Shown: in pieces, positions 16,119-23,065 of the stretch
Numbering within the stretch: position 1 is the first letter of the stretch
How the letters are laid out: each line of letters opens with the position of its first letter
Program-made: the position numbers and the translations under genes
The notes under the pieces: model-generated
Seen by the model: the letters and a program-made list of their open reading frames with translations, nothing else
What the model was told of the DNA's origin: nothing
Databases searched by the model: none
Origin: a virus
Reading direction: 5' to 3' (one strand)
Virus record (IMG/VR): IMGVR_UViG_3300037420_000928
Coordinates: 1-24,750 of that record
Length of the DNA: 24,750 nucleotides

Positions 16119-17272
16119 AACCCGATATCATTTCGACGGACTTCGGCAGCTACCACATCAGCAGTTGGGTGGAGGAGGCCATCACGGTCGGCCGGTCCCT
16201 CAATCCTGTCGACTACACCGATTACCCCACCTTCGATCAGGAGTACCACAGGTCAGCCTTCCAGAAATGCATCCGTCGCGGGATTACCGACCTTGCTCTT
16301 TACCATGGGGCGAAGATGCAATTTCTTGACGATAAAGCGGCGTGGTTTACGCTGTCCGTGATCGCCGGGGAAGACGTCGGGATCGGAAACCCAGGGATGG
16401 TGGCACTGTCCCTCCTGACGACGCTGAAGGGCTTCCGAACCATTATCGGTCAGGACGACTACCTGTTTGCCGGGATCATCACGATCCTGTGCAAGTCTCC
16501 CAAGAACAGGCTTGGATGCCAGTTGAACGTGTTGGCTGACAGTGGTGAGATACCCAGCGCCGCTGCCCTCGGAAATCTGTCGGACGACGATCTGATCGCG
16601 TATCTAAAAAAGACCGACCCTTACGAATGGGTATTGCAATTTATTGCACTGAGGGAACTGCGGCAGCGATGCCGTCATGGCAATATCGAATTGCTGGCTA
16701 AGGTGATCAGGGTCATCCGGCAAAGCTTCCCCAATCCTATGATCGGGCTGGCTGCAGCTTTATGTTTCGAGCGGGCGACCGATACCCTTCACCATGGGAC
16801 GGCGCTGGTAATGGCGCATGTCTTCGGCGCCGGGCCGTGTGTGACATTGCTCAAGCCAGGACCGCATGCCGGCTATTGGGACGATCCGCCGACGGTAGAT
16901 GCTAACGGGTTCATTCCTTATCCAGTTCTGGATCAGCACACCAGCATTGGACGAATGGCGCTTGTGCGCTGGGCCAAAACAGACAAGATGCAAGCGCTGG
17001 CCAACAAGTACGGCGTCCTGCCGGCAAAGATGAACAAGCTGCTGGGAGCGGCGCACTTCTTCAATGAGGCAGCGCTGGTCTACCCACCGCTGATCATCCA
17101 GAATTCTGACTTGAACGCTATCACGCTGGAGCAGGAGCGGGCCTACACCAGTTCCAGGATCGAGAGCCCGCTAAGCGCAACGCAGTATATCGAGGCGGAG
17201 AAGGCCATCAAGGAGGACATGCCGTCCTTCCTAGACATCTGCAAATACCTTTGGACCAAGGAGAAGGGGTGA
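16115..17272 (+). CDS. MgsA/RarA C-terminal helical-domain-like protein (no ATPase domain)
   Basis: SAFQKCIRRG and IAGEDVGIGNP match RarA SAxxKSIRG and ASEDIGxADP. No Walker A motif is seen. Confidence 0.65.
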   Translation: MKPDIISTDFGSYHISSWVEEAITVGRSLNPVDYTDYPTFDQEYHRSAFQKCIRRGITDLALYHGAKMQFLDDKAAWFTLSVIAGEDVGIGNPGMVALSLLTTLKGFRTIIGQDDYLFAGIITILCKSPKNRLGCQLNVLADSGEIPSAAALGNLSDDDLIAYLKKTDPYEWVLQFIALRELRQRCRHGNIELLAKVIRVIRQSFPNPMIGLAAALCFERATDTLHHGTALVMAHVFGAGPCVTLLKPGPHAGYWDDPPTVDANGFIPYPVLDQHTSIGRMALVRWAKTDKMQALANKYGVLPAKMNKLLGAAHFFNEAALVYPPLIIQNSDLNAITLEQERAYTSSRIESPLSATQYIEAEKAIKEDMPSFLDICKYLWTKEKG

Positions 17273-17275
17273 ACT

Positions 17276-18217
17276 ATGAGAGTAGCAATAACGGGGGGCT
17301 CCGGCTTCATCGGGTCGAACCTGATGAACTATTTCCAGATGACGGAGCCGGGTACGGAAGTGGTCATCGTGGACATCGTCCCGCCACAGGCGAAGATGGG
17401 ACCCAACACGAGGTATATCTATGCGGATATCCGAGACGTTCGATCTATTCTTTCCGCCTTCGACGGGTGCGACGAAGTCTACCATCTGGCGGGGATACTC
17501 GGTACAAGTGAGCTTATCCCCATCTCAGCACTCGCCGCATCGGTCAATATCGTGGGAGCTAACAACGTTCTGGACGCCTGCCGAATTGCGGGTGTCCAGC
17601 GGGTGTACAACGTCGCTAAACCCCACTTCGATGGCTACTACGAGAACGCCTACACGTTGACCAAGCACGGCGGCGAACTCCTGGGTCAGATGTACCAGCA
17701 GAAATTCGGCATGTCGGTGGCCACGGTGCGCTGGTTGAATGCCGTCGGGCCGTACCAGCATCTCTATCCGGTGCGGAAATTCCTGCCGATGATGATCCTG
17801 CTGGGCATGCACGGCAAGCCGCTGGAAGTCTACGGCGACGGCTCTCAGACCATTGACCCGATCGATACCCGCGATCTGTCCAGGTTCACGGTGCATGCCT
17901 GCCGTTATCTCGGGCGGTCGGAGACGATCGTGGACCTCGGGTCCGGCATGGCCATCAGTTGCCTGGATGCTGCCAGCCTGATTGCCGACGTGCTCTATGC
18001 CGCTGGGTACGACAAGCCGGAGATCAAGCACATCCCGATGCGAACCGGGGAGAAGGAAGGTGTCAATCTGGTCGCGGACATGAGTTACTGGAACAGCGTC
18101 GACATGATGCCGGAATTCACCTTCCGCCAGAGCATACGGGCGACGGTGGCCTACATCCAGAGCCTGCCGGCCTATCACCTCCAGAACGCCCTCAAATTCT
18201 ATGGCATCAACCCATGA
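17276..18217 (+). CDS. NAD-dependent nucleotide-sugar epimerase/dehydratase (extended SDR)
   Basis: ITGGSGFIGSNL, VYHLAG, NIVGANNVLDAC, YTLTK (YxxxK), RWLNAVGP and YGDGSQT motifs. Confidence 0.92.
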   Translation: MRVAITGGSGFIGSNLMNYFQMTEPGTEVVIVDIVPPQAKMGPNTRYIYADIRDVRSILSAFDGCDEVYHLAGILGTSELIPISALAASVNIVGANNVLDACRIAGVQRVYNVAKPHFDGYYENAYTLTKHGGELLGQMYQQKFGMSVATVRWLNAVGPYQHLYPVRKFLPMMILLGMHGKPLEVYGDGSQTIDPIDTRDLSRFTVHACRYLGRSETIVDLGSGMAISCLDAASLIADVLYAAGYDKPEIKHIPMRTGEKEGVNLVADMSYWNSVDMMPEFTFRQSIRATVAYIQSLPAYHLQNALKFYGINP

Positions 18218-19296
18218 AATCGCTATTGTCGATCACCGCCGAGCATTCGGCGCTCCATGCGGACTGGCAAAAGGCTCTCGACAGCGGGGTCTTCACTGAA
18301 GGCCCCTTTGTCCGTCGGCTGGAAGAGGCCGTCGAAGAGTTCTACGGCTATCCGGCCGCAGCCCTCAATTCAGCCGGCACCGCGCTGTTCTCCGTCATGC
18401 GGGTGCTGAACATGCCACCCCGGCAGGGCGTCATGGTGCCGGTCAACACCTTCTTCGCCACAGGCGCCATGGTCCGGGAAGCGGGGCTCAACCCGATCCT
18501 CGTGGATACCTCCATGTCGACCTTCTGCATGAGCCTCGACCACATGGATGGGATGTGGAAAGACGCGGTCGTGCGGGCAATGACCTCGGCCGTGGTTTAC
18601 ACACCGGTCGGCGGTGGCATATTCACGGATCACTATTTCCATGCTGCCGGCTTCGCCCACCGCAACAAGCTGCATTTCGTCACCGACGCTGCCCACTCTC
18701 TCGGGATTGGCCGTGGGTTGCTGGGCAAGTACGGGCCAACGGTGTTCTCGCTTTACCCGACCAAGGCGGTGCCCTCGGGGGAAGGCGGGATCGTGATCGG
18801 CCGGTCTGAGGATTGGATTGGGGAGATCAAGGATTTCCGCAATTACGGCAAGTACAAGGACCCGCTCGACCTCAACCCTGATCGCGTCCAGTACAAGCAG
18901 GGCTTCAACTTCCGCATGGACGAATGGACGGCGGTGGTCGCCTATCATCAGATGCAGGCCCTGCCCCGTATCCTGGATCGCCGGGCAGCGGTGGCTGAGA
19001 AGATGCAAAGCATCGTCAAGCCCATGATCGACTGGCGTGGGGAAACCAACTGGTATCGCTACATCGTGGACTTGGATTTCAAGGCGACGAAAACCGTCGG
19101 CAAGGTCTATGCCCGCACGGACCAGCTTGATCACGCCCTGGGGATGGTACAGCAGCGCAGCGACGAAATCCGCTACCCAGGGGCCAAGCACGTCGCCAAT
19201 CACCACCAGTGCCTGCCCCTGCACGAGAAGATGGCCGATTGGTCGGTGTCGGACATCGAACGTTTCATCACCACCGATTGGGAGGGTCCACAATGA
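18214..19296 (+). CDS. DegT/DnrJ/EryC1/StrS-family PLP-dependent sugar aminotransferase
   Basis: GPFVRRLE, NSAGTAL, VPVNTFFAT, DAAHSLG, FSLYPTK (PLP Lys), GEGG and GFNFRMDE motifs. ATGA overlap gives start 18214. Confidence 0.92.
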   Translation: MKSLLSITAEHSALHADWQKALDSGVFTEGPFVRRLEEAVEEFYGYPAAALNSAGTALFSVMRVLNMPPRQGVMVPVNTFFATGAMVREAGLNPILVDTSMSTFCMSLDHMDGMWKDAVVRAMTSAVVYTPVGGGIFTDHYFHAAGFAHRNKLHFVTDAAHSLGIGRGLLGKYGPTVFSLYPTKAVPSGEGGIVIGRSEDWIGEIKDFRNYGKYKDPLDLNPDRVQYKQGFNFRMDEWTAVVAYHQMQALPRILDRRAAVAEKMQSIVKPMIDWRGETNWYRYIVDLDFKATKTVGKVYARTDQLDHALGMVQQRSDEIRYPGAKHVANHHQCLPLHEKMADWSVSDIERFITTDWEGPQ

Positions 19297-19631
19297 GGAC
19301 GACGCACACTTATGCTACGATGGAACTAAGCCAAGCAGCCTATGACGAAATTGCCAAGAAAATGACAGACGCAGGGTACACTCACGCATTCATCGGCAAT
19401 GCCATGATCGTCATGCAGGGCATTGCTGTGACGCCGCAAGAAGAGCCGCATTTCTGCTCTGCCTGCGGTGCGCCGTTCAAGGACGACGACCTCTGTGCCA
19501 CGGATATCGAGCTTGGCATCTGCCATGCCGCTTGTCTGGAAGGGTCTCCCGTAGTCGATCTGGAAACAGGCGACGAAAAGCCAGACGCCACGATCACGAC
19601 CTTCCTCTTCAAGGACGCCGACAAGCCATGA
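19293..19631 (+). CDS. hypothetical protein with a C-terminal zinc-finger-like motif
   Basis: ATGA overlaps at both ends; CSACG...CHAAC. Confidence 0.7.
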   Translation: MRTTHTYATMELSQAAYDEIAKKMTDAGYTHAFIGNAMIVMQGIAVTPQEEPHFCSACGAPFKDDDLCATDIELGICHAACLEGSPVVDLETGDEKPDATITTFLFKDADKP

Positions 19632-21091
19632 CAAAGTTCCTGCTCGATCCCGTCTACACGGCGAGGCCGTCCCGCTGTTCGACGGCCTTCCTATTCATGC
19701 AATTGATCGAAGAGATCAGCGCGGTTGACGACCGCGCTTTTTTCTACATGCTCTACCCCACGCAAGCCAAGGATAACGAGGAGGACTGGACATGGCTGAA
19801 CAGGTTCCCGGAGCGGGTGACACTGATCCCGTATCCGTATGTTACCGGCGACCGGGTGGAAGAACTATTCAAGCTAACGGACCCGCTGCTCGATATGCTG
19901 TCCCCGGGGTACTCCCCATATTGGGATTACGATTTCTTGCTTACTTCACGTATCGGCCAGATACCGAACATGCGGGCGCACCTGCACCGAGAGGTGCCGT
20001 TCTACGAAGGAACCTACAAGGGGATCATCGGCCTGGACGAAATGCCGATGTTCAGCTTCCGGGACACGGTGAGTTGGGCGATCGAGGGCAACATGGATAT
20101 CGTCAGCCTAGCGGCGTATATGTCATCGTTGGGCGTCGTTATGAACAATCTCTGGTCCTGGCCATTCTTGAACAATATCGCGAGACGCTATCTGACGCCC
20201 TCGCAGGTGATCAGGTTGAAATTCAAAGTGCGGGAAGCTACTCCCGTGAAGCTGAGCCGCCTGAAGTCCCAACCGAAGCCTATCAAAGACACGTTGAATG
20301 TGCTGTTTGCCGGCCGGACCACGAGCGTGAGAAACTTCAAAGACGTGGCCGAGCTTTTCAGGAAGCAATTCGCGGGGTCGGCCCTGTCCAAAAAGGGCGT
20401 CAAGCTCCGTTTCATCGTTTCCACCCACTCCCTCGGCACCGCTGAGAGCCAGGACTTCGACTTTGTAGAGGTGCAGCACAACAATCGTGAGCAGTTCCAC
20501 GCGCTGCTGGAGAACGAAGCGCACGTCGCCATCAACATTTCGCGGGTCGAGGACTTCTCCATGTCGACCTACGAGCCGATGATGCACGGCGTCCCCGTTA
20601 TCCTCCCCGATAAGGCCTGGGCGTCATTCGTCGGGGACGACTACCCATATATCACCAATTCCATGGTCGACAGCTATGCGATCATCAAGAGTTTCCAGGA
20701 GGACTACGAAGGTGCGTTTAAGCGATGGGCTGACTGGGAAGCGTCGTATTGGGCGGAGTTCGTTGGCGGGCCACGGAATGTCTCCACGACAGAAGCCGTC
20801 CTTGCCCTTATGTCTGAGCATAAGACGAGACTTCTGGCGTGGACGCACGGGGCAAGCCGGCAAGCTGATATGCGCGACAAGGCGAAAGCGTTGACCGAAG
20901 CGTGTCTGGAAGATGGCGTGAAAAAGATCGATGCGTTGAAAATGTGGCAGGAGTATTTCGACATGTTCCAGAGCCCCGAGAAATGGCGGGGGACGCCGAT
21001 TGGCACCCGGCCGATCATCTACCTGATGAAGTGGCACATGAACCAATGCGGCTGGAAAGATACTTTGGAGCCGGGCGTTTTTACCCGTTGA
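19628..21091 (+). CDS. GT-B fold (GT4-like) glycosyltransferase
   Basis: NVLFAGR...RNF and SRVEDFSMSTYEPMMHGVPVILP (EX7E motif). ATGA overlap gives start 19628. Confidence 0.8.
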   Translation: MTKFLLDPVYTARPSRCSTAFLFMQLIEEISAVDDRAFFYMLYPTQAKDNEEDWTWLNRFPERVTLIPYPYVTGDRVEELFKLTDPLLDMLSPGYSPYWDYDFLLTSRIGQIPNMRAHLHREVPFYEGTYKGIIGLDEMPMFSFRDTVSWAIEGNMDIVSLAAYMSSLGVVMNNLWSWPFLNNIARRYLTPSQVIRLKFKVREATPVKLSRLKSQPKPIKDTLNVLFAGRTTSVRNFKDVAELFRKQFAGSALSKKGVKLRFIVSTHSLGTAESQDFDFVEVQHNNREQFHALLENEAHVAINISRVEDFSMSTYEPMMHGVPVILPDKAWASFVGDDYPYITNSMVDSYAIIKSFQEDYEGAFKRWADWEASYWAEFVGGPRNVSTTEAVLALMSEHKTRLLAWTHGASRQADMRDKAKALTEACLEDGVKKIDALKMWQEYFDMFQSPEKWRGTPIGTRPIIYLMKWHMNQCGWKDTLEPGVFTR

Positions 21092-21116
21092 CAACGATTT
21101 GCTCCCAGCCTATACC
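21088..21116 (+). promoter_or_regulatory. strong sigma70-type promoter for the RNA genes
   Basis: TTGACA-N17-TATACC, close to the rhizobial CTTGAC-N17-CTATAT consensus. Predicted start ~21123, at the base of the RNA closing stem. Confidence 0.75.
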
Positions 21117-21123
21117 CGAAAAC

Positions 21124-21314
21124 GGAACATCGGACTGGACGGCTGTTAAACCGGGCTGAACGGATGGGAGATAGCTGCGCAGGATCACGGTCCTAATCTA
21201 CCCTCCTCCACGGCCAGAAATACGTGTTCGGCTCCACCCTCTAGGCTGCAAACCAATCGAGTGGATCAAGCTGTTCGCAAGTATGGTAATCGTGGGTTTC
21301 CGGTTCGATGTTCC
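21124..21314 (+). ncRNA. unidentified structured ncRNA (~190 nt)
   Basis: 16-bp terminal stem GGAACATCGGACTGGA / TCCGGTTCGATGTTCC (2 G-U pairs) plus internal helices. It lies between the promoter and the tRNA, with no credible ORF. Confidence 0.7.
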
Positions 21315-21320
21315 ACCCTT

Positions 21321-21396
21321 GGGGTGTTAGCCCAGTTGGGAGAGCAGTGGCCCTGCAAGCCGAAGGTCCTCGGTTCGAACCCGAGACACTCCACCA
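21321..21396 (+). tRNA. tRNA-Ala (anticodon TGC)
   Basis: 76-nt cloverleaf: acceptor GGGGTGT/ACACTCC with G3:U70 and A73, T-arm CTCGG-TTCGAAC-CCGAG, encoded CCA. Confidence 0.92.
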
Positions 21397-21463
21397 AATT
21401 CTCTGCCATATCTGAGGGCTCCATGGCGGAGATAGTCTCGCGGTCCTCCCAACGCTGAGCATG

Positions 21464-21504
21464 AAAAAGGCTTACCCAGGGGTTTCAGGGGGTGGGCCTT
21501 TTTT
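21464..21504 (+). terminator. rho-independent terminator (possibly bidirectional)
   Basis: AAAAAGGCTTACCC...GGGTGGGCCTTTTTT. Confidence 0.75.
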
Positions 21505-21572
21505 ATGACCAGTGCCCACTAAAGCGCTTTCCCTATTTTCCAGGCTGTTTTATGTCTCCAGCGACATGATCA

Positions 21573-22466
21573 ATGGGGGCGTTTGTGAACGCGATAACCA
21601 AAACTAAGGCGTTGCCTCGGCTGGACGTGCGGGCCGACCAGCTAGTCAAGAACGAAAAGAACCCGAACAAGATGAACGCCAAGCAGTTCGATCTGCTATG
21701 CGACAATCTCGAAAAGACGGGGATGACGGACGCGCTGCTGGTTCGCCCCCTGCCGGACGAGACCAAGGACGGCCTGCCCAAATACCGCATCGTCGGCGGT
21801 CACCACCGCTATGACGCTGGCCTATATCTGGGGTTCAAGGAATTCCCGGTGACGGTGATCAACCACGACGATTTCGATGAAGACGCCGAAACCTTCCAGA
21901 TCGTCAGAATGAACATGATCCGTGGTCAGATGGACCCGGCCGCCTTCTTCCAGATGTACGAGAAGGTCCAGGCCAAGTACGGCAACGACATCCTGCAGGA
22001 CGCCTTCGGTTTCTCTGATGAGAAGGAATTCGAGCGGATGGTGGGGCAAGCTGCCAAGAGCCTGCCCACCCCGCTGATGAAGGAGAAGTTCAAGGAAGCG
22101 GCCAAAGAGATCAAGACGGTCGATGGGCTGTCCAAGCTGCTGAACCACATCTTCAACAAGTATGGTGACACGCTGCCCCACGGCTTCATGGTGTTCGACT
22201 ATGCCTCCCAGAAGCAGGTCTGGCTGCACATCTCGCACAAGACCTACAAGGCCATGGATATCATCGGGGATATGTGTATCGAGCAGGATCGGACCGTTGA
22301 TGAGGTCATCGGCGCCGTATTGCAACAAATTGCACAAGGCAAGACCCCGACCATGGACACGGTGGTAGCGTCTACCGAGCCGGCCAACCTGCCCAAGAAG
22401 ACCCTGCTGAAACTGAAGCTGAAGCCGACCAAGCAGACGCTCTCTGACATGAAGGCGGTGCACTGA
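21573..22466 (+). CDS. ParB/Srx N-terminal domain protein
   Basis: NEKNPNKM...LEKTGMTDALLVRP...YRIVGGHHRYDA ParB signature. Confidence 0.85.
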   Translation: MGAFVNAITKTKALPRLDVRADQLVKNEKNPNKMNAKQFDLLCDNLEKTGMTDALLVRPLPDETKDGLPKYRIVGGHHRYDAGLYLGFKEFPVTVINHDDFDEDAETFQIVRMNMIRGQMDPAAFFQMYEKVQAKYGNDILQDAFGFSDEKEFERMVGQAAKSLPTPLMKEKFKEAAKEIKTVDGLSKLLNHIFNKYGDTLPHGFMVFDYASQKQVWLHISHKTYKAMDIIGDMCIEQDRTVDEVIGAVLQQIAQGKTPTMDTVVASTEPANLPKKTLLKLKLKPTKQTLSDMKAVH

Positions 22467-23065
22467 TGGCCAGAACCCAACGCTTTGCCGAACTGCGTAA
22501 CCTGCGGCCGGAGGTGCAACAGGAGATCGATGACCGGTTGACGGCGGGGATCAACGCCCGCGAGATCGTCAAGTACCTGCAGGATGACTGCAAGGTCCTG
22601 ACCGACAAGAACCCCGACAGCCTCAAGAAGATGCTGGAGCGTTACCGCACGTCCGATCTGGCCGAGAAGAACCGTGCCCGCGTGCTGAACGCGACCAAGG
22701 GGATGTCGGTCTCCAAACTGGCCAAGACCCTGAACGCCATGCATGAGATCAACGAGCTTTGCGTGATCCAGCGGGCGCGGGTCGACAAGATGCTGACGAT
22801 GGAGCAGAAGCAGGACAACTTCGTGCTCAAGCAGACCTCCGAAGAAATCAAGCTGCTGAAGGAAAACCTCGTAGAGCTTGGGAAATTGCAGTTGGAAACC
22901 GGAGTGCTGAAGCGGGCCTCCAGGACCGTTACGGGAACAGTGGTGGACGCCGATGGGAATACTACGGATTTCGAGTGGGATGAAGAAACCAAGTCCCTTT
23001 ACGACCGGCTTGACAATCTTGAAAAAGGCCTCGTCATCGACGCCACCGCCTTGCCAGGAAACTAA
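22466..23065 (+). CDS. terS: probable terminase small subunit
   Basis: Immediately upstream of the large terminase; helical N-terminal HTH-like region and coiled coil. Assignment is mainly positional. Confidence 0.6.
   Translation: MARTQRFAELRNLRPEVQQEIDDRLTAGINAREIVKYLQDDCKVLTDKNPDSLKKMLERYRTSDLAEKNRARVLNATKGMSVSKLAKTLNAMHEINELCVIQRARVDKMLTMEQKQDNFVLKQTSEEIKLLKENLVELGKLQLETGVLKRASRTVTGTVVDADGNTTDFEWDEETKSLYDRLDNLEKGLVIDATALPGN

Larger units (their letters stand above)
205..22334. repeat. dispersed 14-bp palindrome TGCAA-N4-TTGCA
   Basis: Exact copies start at 5776, 6074, 9599, 12883, 14944, 16635 and 22321. One-mismatch copies start at 205 and 6910. Confidence 0.85.

Noticed and set aside
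21124-21314. RNase P RNA, tmRNA or SRP identity for the ncRNA (AAACCGGGCT loosely resembles RNase P AAAGTCCGGGCT)
   Set aside because: The conserved GAGGAAAGTCC and AGAACCCGGCTTA elements are absent, there is no paired T-arm/CCA end or tag ORF, and there is no SRP helix-8 motif.
21321-21396. tRNA as a prophage attachment site, or as tRNA-Cys (GCA)
   Set aside because: No integrase or duplicated 3' end is present in the window. The loop register gives TGC, and G3:U70 specifies Ala.
21403-21432. Hairpin TCTCTGCCAT/ATGGCGGAGA after the tRNA as a further RNA gene
   Set aside because: It is a single stem-loop with no tRNA-like or other features; probably part of the transcript trailer.
5776-22334. 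TTGCA elements as sigma54 -12 boxes, or the repeats as a CRISPR array
   Set aside because: There is no TGGCAC -24 element, and the copies are kilobases apart without regular spacers or cas genes.
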